Source: Candidatus Pacearchaeota archaeon | GTDB lineage: Archaea; Nanobdellota; Nanobdellia; Pacearchaeales; GW2011-AR1 | Direction: 5' to 3' | Length of the DNA stretch: 64,000 nt | Assembly (NCBI GenBank): GCA_019659125.1 | Contig: JAIFVX010000001.1 | Span: 502,097 to 566,096, forward strand | Part shown: positions 9,169 through 16,979 of the stretch, one piece after another | Layout: each line of letters starts with the position of its first letter | How positions within the stretch are numbered: the first letter of the stretch is position 1 | Program-made: the position numbers and the translations under genes | Notes under the pieces: model-generated | What the model was told of the DNA's origin: nothing | Database searches by the model: none | Seen by the model: the letters and a program-made list of their open reading frames with translations, nothing else

Positions 9169-11061
9169 ATGGTCGATATATTAAAAAGTATTAAGGAAGA
9201 GTTGCCGAAGGTCATAAACGAAGCCACCTTTGAAGGGGCTAACATCGTTATCTATACAGATGACAAGGAATTTTTCAAGAATGGGGAATCGCAAGTCAAG
9301 AGTGTTGTAGATAAGATCAAAAAAAGAATAGAGCTGCGTGCAGACCAGGAGATATTGGCAAGCGAGGAAGAGACTGAGAAGACCATTCGCGCTCTCGTCC
9401 CTGAAGAGGCTGCGATCACGAACATAATCTTTGACGTTCAAAGAAGCACAGTGATTGTCGAGGCCAAGAAGCCTGGGCTTGTGATTGGGAAGCAAGGGTC
9501 AATTCTCAATGACATAAAAAAATCAACATTCTGGTTGCCTGTTGTGCAGAGAAGCCCTGCAATCCCAAGCAAGATCACTGAAAAAATAAGGTCTGTTCTG
9601 TATGCTAATAACAACTATCGAAGAAAGTTCCTTAATGATATTGGAAAGAAGATCTACAACGAATGGAACCCTGAGAAGATGGATATGTGGGTCAGGCTTA
9701 CCTATCTTGGAGGCGGCAGGCAGGTAGGACGCTCATGTCTTCTCTTACATACGCCCAATTCAAAAGTGCTTCTTGATTGCGGCATAAATCCGGCAATAAC
9801 TGAAGGGCAGGAAAGATTTCCCTATCTCGATGTTACAGAGATAGGCGATTTGAATTCAGTTGACGCCATCGTACTAAGCCACGCCCACCTTGATCATTCA
9901 GGCCTCATTCCTTATTTGTATAAGATGGGATATAAAGGCCCAGTCTATCTTACCGCTCCAACACGAGATATCTCAGCATTACTAGCCCTTGACTTTGTAG
10001 GGGTAGCCTACAAGCAGGCAGCCTCACCACTCTATAGGGCTGAGGATATCAAGGAGATGGTACGGCACTCAATCTGCCTTGATTATGGGGAGGTCAATGA
10101 CATCACTCCAGACATTCGCATCACCTTCTACAACGCAGGCCACGTTCTTGGCTCTGCCCAGGTGCATATCAATATAGGAAATGGATTGCATAATTTTGTT
10201 TACAGTGCTGACACGAAGTATCTCAAGACAAGGCTTCTTGATCCTGCATCCAATCATTTCCCACGAGTTGAAACACTTCAGATAGAATCAACGTATGGTT
10301 CCAAGATGGATGTCCTTCCCCCGCGAAGGGAGACAGAGCAGAAATTCACTGAATTAGCAAAAAGAACTATCGAGCGAGGAGGAAAGATACTTCTCCCAGA
10401 ACTTGGACTTGGACACGCTCAGGAGACTATGCTTCGAGTTGAGGAAGCCATTAGAACGGGAGAATTGCCAAAAGTTCCCGTGTATGTTGATGGAATGATC
10501 TGGGATATCAATGCCATTCATACTGCTTACCCTGACTTCCTAAGCGCTTCAATACGAAATCAGATTTTCCAAGATAACAATCCTTTTCTTTCAGACATCT
10601 TCAAGCGAGTGGGCAGTCCGACTGAAAGGAAAGAGGTCATGGAGGGAGGCCCTTGCATTGTCATCGCTACCTCGGGAATGTTAGTAGGCGGTGCGTCCGT
10701 AGAATACTTTAGGAATTTCTCTGATAGCGAGCACAACCTTATTATCTTCACCTGTTATCAAGGTATGGGCTCTTTGGGTAGACAAGTGCAGGAAGGCAAC
10801 CAAGAGGTTGCGTTAGGAAAAGATTACAACAATGAGCGGGTAACAGTAAAAATGCAGGTAGAGACTCTTTCAGGGTTTTCCGCTCATTCAGGAAGGAATG
10901 AATTGCTCCAGTATGTTAGCAGAATGGTTCCAAAGCCAAAGAAGATAATCATCAATCATGGGGAAGTGTCAAAGTGCCTTGACCTCGCCTCATCGCTCTA
11001 TAAGCTGAATCGTGTTGAGACGATTGTCCCTAGAAACCTTGAAACGATCAGACTGAAATAA
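9169..11061 (+). CDS. fttA: aCPSF1/FttA: KH-domain beta-CASP metallo-beta-lactamase ribonuclease (transcription termination factor)
   Basis: N-terminal KH-like repeats (VIGKQGSILNDIKK). MBL motif LSHAHLDHSG. Beta-CASP region. A 630-aa length is typical of aCPSF1. Confidence 0.9.
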   Translation: MVDILKSIKEELPKVINEATFEGANIVIYTDDKEFFKNGESQVKSVVDKIKKRIELRADQEILASEEETEKTIRALVPEEAAITNIIFDVQRSTVIVEAKKPGLVIGKQGSILNDIKKSTFWLPVVQRSPAIPSKITEKIRSVLYANNNYRRKFLNDIGKKIYNEWNPEKMDMWVRLTYLGGGRQVGRSCLLLHTPNSKVLLDCGINPAITEGQERFPYLDVTEIGDLNSVDAIVLSHAHLDHSGLIPYLYKMGYKGPVYLTAPTRDISALLALDFVGVAYKQAASPLYRAEDIKEMVRHSICLDYGEVNDITPDIRITFYNAGHVLGSAQVHINIGNGLHNFVYSADTKYLKTRLLDPASNHFPRVETLQIESTYGSKMDVLPPRRETEQKFTELAKRTIERGGKILLPELGLGHAQETMLRVEEAIRTGELPKVPVYVDGMIWDINAIHTAYPDFLSASIRNQIFQDNNPFLSDIFKRVGSPTERKEVMEGGPCIVIATSGMLVGGASVEYFRNFSDSEHNLIIFTCYQGMGSLGRQVQEGNQEVALGKDYNNERVTVKMQVETLSGFSAHSGRNELLQYVSRMVPKPKKIIINHGEVSKCLDLASSLYKLNRVETIVPRNLETIRLK

Positions 11062-11089
11062 TTAAATACGCTGAAAACTCTCTAGTGCT

Positions 11090-11998
11090 ATGAAACATTC
11101 CATCTATATCACATTGCTCCTTTTAGGCATGTTTTTTGTCACGCAGGTTATAGGGATTATTGTTGTAGCTTCCTATGCTCCGCATGTCGAGCAAGTAAAG
11201 GATCCTTCGGGAAACGTCATGAATGTAAGTGTCTATAACTTACCGTATGGAATGAATCCTCCAGACACTCCACCTCGCTCAAACCTCATTTCTATCATGA
11301 TTTCAATTGCATTTGCAGTCATCATTATGTTTGTTCTCATGAGGGTCAAAGCAGAGATGTTCCTAAGATTATGGTTCTTCATCGTTGTAGCGCTTGCGAT
11401 TGGTATCACGATAAATTCTCCGATCAAAAACGTGCTGTATGGTTCAGTCCTTGCGTTCTTAGTGGCACTTCCCCTTGCATACTGGAAGATATTCAAGAGA
11501 AATATTATTGTGCATAATATAACTGAAGTTATGATCTATCCAGGTATCGCGGCAATTTTTGTTCCCTTGCTGAATGTCATGACGGTGGTTATCCTTCTCA
11601 TAGTCATCTCATTATATGATATGTATGCAGTCTGGCATGCAGGATTCATGCAGAAGATGGCTAAGTATCAGATCCAGACCTTGAAGTTGTTCTCAGGTTT
11701 CTTTATTCCCTACATGGGCCCTAAGGAGAAAGCAAAGCTTGAAAAGAGCAAAGGCAAGAAAAAAGTAAAGGTAAATCTGGCTATCCTCGGAGGAGGAGAT
11801 GTTGTATTCCCTATCATCCTTGCAGGAGTCGTCCTTATGACCTTTGGATTCATTCCAGCATTAATCATCGCTCTTGGCGCGACGCTTGCTCTTGCAGGCC
11901 TCTTCTACATGTCTGAGAAAGGCAAGTTCTATCCAGCCATGCCTTTCATTTCTACAGGATGCTTTATTGCTCTTGGTATAGTCTACCTCTTTTTCTAA
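11090..11998 (+). CDS. Presenilin/signal-peptide-peptidase family (A22) intramembrane aspartyl protease
   Basis: Polytopic membrane protein carrying YD (SLYDMYAV), GxGD (LGGGDVVFP) and PAL (IPALIIAL) motifs in the canonical order. About 300 aa, like archaeal PSH. Confidence 0.8.
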   Translation: MKHSIYITLLLLGMFFVTQVIGIIVVASYAPHVEQVKDPSGNVMNVSVYNLPYGMNPPDTPPRSNLISIMISIAFAVIIMFVLMRVKAEMFLRLWFFIVVALAIGITINSPIKNVLYGSVLAFLVALPLAYWKIFKRNIIVHNITEVMIYPGIAAIFVPLLNVMTVVILLIVISLYDMYAVWHAGFMQKMAKYQIQTLKLFSGFFIPYMGPKEKAKLEKSKGKKKVKVNLAILGGGDVVFPIILAGVVLMTFGFIPALIIALGATLALAGLFYMSEKGKFYPAMPFISTGCFIALGIVYLFF

Positions 11999-12774
11999 AT
12001 TTTTCTGCCTTGATGTTCTTTTCTTAATGATTGAACTGCCGAAACAAAACTATCAAATCCTCTTTCGGCGTTATCCTGAAGCTCGTGGCTGTTTCCCATA
12101 ACGGACAAGTATGCAAGACACTGACTCCCGATGATATCCCACTTGTCACGTAGTATGGGATCTACCTCAAGTATGTCTTCCGCTATCTTAACAGCGTCGT
12201 TGTATTCTTCCTGGGTAGCCGTATCAGCACTATTGTATGTGACAACAGAAAAATCATCGCCCATCTCAATTTCAAATTCCAGCAAACCATTCTTTGGCTG
12301 GTAAGTTACATAAAAACCGTTTATTGCAAAAGGTTTATTTTTTCTGATTTTTGGTGTGACTGCGGCAGTGAGAACACAATAGACGTTGAAATCAACCTCA
12401 TTGTCTTTAAGAGGAGGAAAAGGAAAATTATCTAGACCCATGTGATTCACACTTGTATAGCCTTCTTTAGTAAGATGAAGACGAAGTCCATGCTGATACG
12501 GGTATACTCCACCATCATTGCTAATAGCATCGAGATTTACTGTATTTCTGTATAATTTTCCTAGAGCTTTGCGTTTGACTCTGCCTCGGGCTTCAAAACT
12601 TTGAATAGCAAGAATCTCCTCTAATCGTAGAAGGGGCACGGTCTCAAGATCTGCTGGTTTTTGTGGATGATTTTTGACTTCATGGGAGAAAGCAAAAGGA
12701 GGAGTGCTTACTAAAGCATTCTCCGCTATCATCTTGTCATAGAATCTGCGGATCCATTTTGTATTGCCTGTCAT
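11995..12774 (-). CDS. Hypothetical cytoplasmic protein (259 aa)
   Basis: Long clean ORF with aTTTAAATAc about 24 nt upstream. No family recognised. Confidence 0.5.
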   Translation of the reverse strand: MTGNTKWIRRFYDKMIAENALVSTPPFAFSHEVKNHPQKPADLETVPLLRLEEILAIQSFEARGRVKRKALGKLYRNTVNLDAISNDGGVYPYQHGLRLHLTKEGYTSVNHMGLDNFPFPPLKDNEVDFNVYCVLTAAVTPKIRKNKPFAINGFYVTYQPKNGLLEFEIEMGDDFSVVTYNSADTATQEEYNDAVKIAEDILEVDPILRDKWDIIGSQCLAYLSVMGNSHELQDNAERGFDSFVSAVQSLRKEHQGRKI

Positions 12775-12876
12775 GACAAATATCCCTTTCAGGCGTATTT
12801 AAATCTTCCTGAAATTGTGTCATCAGACAGTTACAACATAAGAAAGGTTTAAATACCCCATCTTTATCACTGAATC

Positions 12877-13665
12877 ATGATAGTAAAACCTGAATTGGTT
12901 AAGCGGATAAAGGAATATTTTAATTTGAATATTTACGAGACTAAGGTCTGGCTAGCTTTGCTTTCAAAAGGCATTGCATCAGCAGGCGAGATTGCAGAGC
13001 TTTCTGGAGTGCCTCGAAGCAGGACGTATGACGTTCTTGAATCTCTGGAAAAAATGGGGTTTGCCATCGTTAAGATCGGAAAGCCTGTTAAGTATATCGC
13101 TGTAAAGCCTACAGAGGTTGTTGAAAAGATAAAGAACAAGGCAATGCAAGAGGCAAATGAAAAGGTCAAGTCACTTTCAACACTTAAGGATACTGCAGAA
13201 TACGCTGAGCTTGAACAGCTCCACACGACTGGAATTGCGCCCGTTAAGTTTCACGATATTACAGGATCACTGAAAGGAAGGGCAAACGTCCTTTCAAGAA
13301 TAAGGGAATTAATGGAGACTGCTGAAAAAGAAGTTGTTATCTGTACATCAGTCCTTGATTTTGAGGATAAAAGCAGAGTTCTTATACCTACACTTGAAAA
13401 GCTCGCCAAGCATGACGTGAAAATAAAGATAGCTCTCTCTGGAGACCATGACAGAATTAAGCGATTAAGTTCAAAGCACGACCTTAAGATCAAGCAAACA
13501 GACTCAAAGGCTAGAGTATTCCTTGCAGACAAGAAAGAGATATTGTTCATGCTTACAGCAGAGAATGCAGAGGAAGAGATTGGGGTTTGGCTTCAGTCAC
13601 CTATATTTACCGAGTCACTTTCAAACATTCTCGACCTTGCATTAAAAGCATACACTGAAAAATAA
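12877..13665 (+). CDS. TrmB-family transcriptional regulator
   Basis: N-terminal winged helix YETKVWLALLSKGIASAGEIAELSGVPRSRTYDVLESLEKMGF plus a TrmB-type C-terminal domain. Confidence 0.8.
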   Translation: MIVKPELVKRIKEYFNLNIYETKVWLALLSKGIASAGEIAELSGVPRSRTYDVLESLEKMGFAIVKIGKPVKYIAVKPTEVVEKIKNKAMQEANEKVKSLSTLKDTAEYAELEQLHTTGIAPVKFHDITGSLKGRANVLSRIRELMETAEKEVVICTSVLDFEDKSRVLIPTLEKLAKHDVKIKIALSGDHDRIKRLSSKHDLKIKQTDSKARVFLADKKEILFMLTAENAEEEIGVWLQSPIFTESLSNILDLALKAYTEK

Positions 13666-13671
13666 ACTTTA

Positions 13672-13923
13672 ATGAAAGATTTTCTCTACGTACCTGGAAA
13701 TGCACGGATCTATGACTCCCCTAATAAGTGGGACGACAAAAAAGAAAAATATTTTCAGGATCTTCTTCAGAAAATCAGAGAAAATGATATGGCTGACAGA
13801 CAAGAGATGAGTGAGATTGGAAGAAAATATCAGATTGACTCAAGTCAAATTAATGCCCAGATAAGAGATTCCCATCTCTTTCACAGTCTTATTGTTCTCC
13901 AGATCTCTCAAGGAATTATGTAG
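13672..13923 (+). CDS. Small hypothetical protein (83 aa), possibly co-transcribed with the TrmB-family gene
   Basis: Starts 6 nt after the TrmB-family stop codon. Its last 84 nt overlap the convergent cca gene, which lowers confidence. Confidence 0.3.
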   Translation: MKDFLYVPGNARIYDSPNKWDDKKEKYFQDLLQKIRENDMADRQEMSEIGRKYQIDSSQINAQIRDSHLFHSLIVLQISQGIM

Positions 13924-15105
13924 GCTTTTAACTTCGAGCCGTGCATGAATATATCCATTTTTGACGAATGTCTTTTTATGTTCTTTCTTAAATTCCTTGA
14001 CATGCTTCTCCATGGAAACTGGAGGGCCTATCTGGATGACTTCCTTGTTCTTCTTCGCTATAACGAATAAGTCAGCAGAATTCCCTCCCTTATAGACGAA
14101 TAAGTCCTCGATAACTTTAAAGTTCCTGCCCAGACTTTTTACAATAAACTTTGAGAATTTCTTCATCTTTGTCCCAGCAATGTCCCCTGCCTGCTTGTTC
14201 GTTTTCATGACTATATGTGCAAACTCAGCGTTCTTTTGTCGTGCTTTCTTTTGTAGCTCATCTTTCCCGATCTCCTTTCTTTCAAAAAATGAGATACTTG
14301 GCTTTGAAATGAATTTTCTTAATGCCTCTTGAAATCTCTTGAATGTCTCTTCACTTAAGGCTGCAAGCACATTTCTTTCTTTCCAGGTTGGATCAATGAG
14401 CACAACAGGGCTGTGTAGCTTGCTGTCGTTCACATGGATAATGATCTCCTGTTTGTTTTTGTACTGTTTTTCAGGATCTAAGATGATTTGCTCGCTTGCC
14501 TTAGCAAGTTCTCGGGCCATCTTTTCAAAGCTCTTGTAATGGAGAATGAGACATTCAAGGGCATAGCCAGAAAAACCCTGGATATAGCTTTCAGCCCCAT
14601 ACATTCCCTGTGCTCGTGTAAATGCTTTGGCGATCTGGATCTCCCTGATTAGTTTCTTATTGATCTTCAGCTTCTTCTTTACATATTGTACATGGAAATA
14701 ACTGAGGTCCATGACATTTCGGGATTCACGAGGGTTCTTTATAAGAATAACAGGAATAATCTCAAAGACTGTGTTGTTTTTCATGATCCTGAAATAGTCT
14801 CTGCTTCCATGGATTGGAACAAGCTGATAGTTCTCTTTCTTCGCCAGAGGCCTCAATATCTTTCCTAAAATACCTGAAAGATCCTCATACGTCCAGTCAA
14901 ATCTGACAAACACGTCAATATCATATTCCTTGTTCTTGGTTAGTGTACCTTTAGCGAAACTTCCTCCGACAAATACCTGTGCGCTGACTCTTTGCCTCTT
15001 TATTTCATTTTCAATGAGCTCAATAATGGTATCAGTATCTTTTTCCAGAGTTTCTAAGTCTTTTTCAGAAGGAGAAACATCAACCTTGGCAAGAATAGCT
15101 TTCAT
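13840..15105 (-). CDS. cca: Archaeal class I CCA-adding enzyme (tRNA nucleotidyltransferase)
   Basis: VGGSFAKGTLTKNKEYDIDVFVRF matches the Pol-beta nucleotidyltransferase motif of archaeal CCA enzymes (GS-x-A-x-GT...D-x-D). Length is about 420 aa. Confidence 0.8.
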   Translation of the reverse strand: MKAILAKVDVSPSEKDLETLEKDTDTIIELIENEIKRQRVSAQVFVGGSFAKGTLTKNKEYDIDVFVRFDWTYEDLSGILGKILRPLAKKENYQLVPIHGSRDYFRIMKNNTVFEIIPVILIKNPRESRNVMDLSYFHVQYVKKKLKINKKLIREIQIAKAFTRAQGMYGAESYIQGFSGYALECLILHYKSFEKMARELAKASEQIILDPEKQYKNKQEIIIHVNDSKLHSPVVLIDPTWKERNVLAALSEETFKRFQEALRKFISKPSISFFERKEIGKDELQKKARQKNAEFAHIVMKTNKQAGDIAGTKMKKFSKFIVKSLGRNFKVIEDLFVYKGGNSADLFVIAKKNKEVIQIGPPVSMEKHVKEFKKEHKKTFVKNGYIHARLEVKSLHNSLRDLENNKTVKEMGISYLGINLT

Positions 15106-15134
15106 GAAGCTTCTACGGAGCAGTTCTTTTTAAA

Positions 15135-15518
15135 TTAATTGTCTAGGGATAGCGGATGAGTGAGATCAACGATATACTTTCCGTCTTCAAGCTGGTATAT
15201 TCTCGGCTTGTTCATGGCAAAAAGCTTTGGCAAGTCAAGCAGGTATGTGCCTGACTTGATGACTTTGACGCTTTCAAAGTCGAGGAATACAGGAGTATCT
15301 TCGTCTTTTATTCCGGCAATATCTCGTACATCCTCTTCAATCTGTTTCTTTTCTGCAGGATTAAGCATGGATACGAAGTCAGTATTCTTGGATATTTCCT
15401 TAAGCTTTTCCTCCTTGATATAGAAGAAGAATTTGCTTCTACATTCGGCACAGCCAGTTAAGACTTCCTGGCTTCCATCCTTGTAAACTGCAGAGCAATG
15501 AACGCATTTATAGGGCAT
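15135..15518 (-). CDS. Zn-ribbon protein (DUF2072-like, archaea-specific)
   Basis: MPYKCVHCSAVYKDGSQEVLTGCAECRSKFFFYI is a CxxC...CxxC ribbon at the N-terminus. It has its own TATA. It lies next to the GTPase/DUF2073-like pair, as I recall for this archaeal family. Confidence 0.6.
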   Translation of the reverse strand: MPYKCVHCSAVYKDGSQEVLTGCAECRSKFFFYIKEEKLKEISKNTDFVSMLNPAEKKQIEEDVRDIAGIKDEDTPVFLDFESVKVIKSGTYLLDLPKLFAMNKPRIYQLEDGKYIVDLTHPLSLDN

Positions 15519-15555
15519 GATTCTCTCACAAGCCGAGGATTAATAAACTTTTATA

Positions 15556-15906
15556 TTATCTATTTCTTATCTTTCCGTAAATCCAACCGATGAGTGCACC
15601 AAAAATAAATCCAAGTATAAAATAAAAAACAAAATTTATAATACTTGAAAAGAAGATGAAGTTCGATTCTAGCCAAGCTGGCTGATTGCCATCCCAATCT
15701 ATGATGCCTAAAAAAAGTAGGGGCCCTACACTGATTAAAACCATCAAAAAGGTCAAAAGGTCAAAATTCTCCAATATATCTCCAATTAAAGATGATGGCC
15801 CTTCAATATCAGATACAAGAAATACATTAACAAAGGCTAAGAACCCAAAGAGAAAACCTAGGATTAAACCCAACTTCAACCAATATGACCAGTTTTTCCA
15901 ACCCAT
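15556..15906 (-). CDS. Small integral membrane protein (3-4 TM)
   Basis: Hydrophobic segments throughout. Own gatataaaagg box upstream. Confidence 0.55.
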   Translation of the reverse strand: MGWKNWSYWLKLGLILGFLFGFLAFVNVFLVSDIEGPSSLIGDILENFDLLTFLMVLISVGPLLFLGIIDWDGNQPAWLESNFIFFSSIINFVFYFILGFIFGALIGWIYGKIRNR

Positions 15907-15939
15907 AATGATAGACCACCTGGAGCCTTTTATATCTTG

Positions 15940-16335
15940 TTAGTCAAAGAACAATTCTAGTTTTCTCGGATCGCGCTTTATCTCCTTGATGACTGAGGCA
16001 GGGCCTATGACGGTAAGAGCTGCGCTATCCCCTATCAGCCTCTTTGCGATACCATGTCGCATCTTGACGAAGATATTCTCACGCCTCATATCCGGTTCTA
16101 TGACTGCAAGCTCAATACCCTTGAAATTTTTAATATGGTCTACGAGTGCCATAGTGTCTTCAATCAGCCTCGCTTCCTCTTCAGCCCGCAATCTTCCATG
16201 AAGGATTACAATCTTATTGCTTAATACAAGATTCAAGATTTTCTTGACCCTTTCAGAGATGGTCATATCTTTTACTTCCGAGAATGGGAGCACCTGCAGG
16301 CTCAGCCCGTGTATTTTAGTATCTTTTTTACTCAT
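15940..16335 (-). CDS. DUF2073-like protein, partner of the upstream GTPase
   Basis: Its start overlaps the GTPase stop by 1 nt, giving translational coupling. The family call is from memory of the archaeal GTPase-DUF2073 pairing. Confidence 0.5.
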   Translation of the reverse strand: MSKKDTKIHGLSLQVLPFSEVKDMTISERVKKILNLVLSNKIVILHGRLRAEEEARLIEDTMALVDHIKNFKGIELAVIEPDMRRENIFVKMRHGIAKRLIGDSAALTVIGPASVIKEIKRDPRKLELFFD

Positions 16336-16973
16336 TATACTTTTTTGGATAGTTTAAATAATGATTCATAAAATTCTTCCATATTAACACCTTCCTTGGC
16401 CGATATCCCTACGACATCATATTCAGGGAATGCGGCCTCAACTTTCTTTATCTCTGCCTTCTTCAAGTCTATCTTGTTGGCTACAATAAGGATAGGGATC
16501 TTTCGGGCTACAAGGTTTCCGATGATAGTGATATTGACCTGTGAGTAAGGATTTTCTGAAGCATCTAATACGACAACGACAGCGTCCATATCATCCAGCC
16601 ACTTTATGGAGTCAATGATTCCTTGTGTAGCCTCTTTAGCCCTTTTCTTTGCCTCATTCTTCTTCAAGCCAAATTTAAGAAATTCCTCATAATCAATTTT
16701 TGTTGCAATGCCTGGGGTGTCAACAATCTTTAATGTCAAGCTCTTACCTTTGTATTCGATATCGACCTTCTCCTTGAACTGTACATTTCGCGTCTCATGA
16801 GGGATTGCGCTTACGACACCTATCTCTTCCCCCGTCCAATCTTTGCAGATTCTATTGGCGAGGCTTGTCTTTCCAGCGTTTGGGGGGCCATAGAATCCAA
16901 GCTTTATGTTCTGCTTCCTTCTAAATAGGTTTCCCAGTATTCTCCGTGAAAAATTCCTCAATATCTTAAGCAT
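16335..16973 (-). CDS. Small GTP-binding protein (Ras-like/TRAFAC GTPase)
   Basis: G1 GPPNAGKTS, G3 DTPG, G4 NKID, G5 SAK. Confidence 0.85.
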   Translation of the reverse strand: MLKILRNFSRRILGNLFRRKQNIKLGFYGPPNAGKTSLANRICKDWTGEEIGVVSAIPHETRNVQFKEKVDIEYKGKSLTLKIVDTPGIATKIDYEEFLKFGLKKNEAKKRAKEATQGIIDSIKWLDDMDAVVVVLDASENPYSQVNITIIGNLVARKIPILIVANKIDLKKAEIKKVEAAFPEYDVVGISAKEGVNMEEFYESLFKLSKKV

Positions 16974-16979
16974 TAGTGG

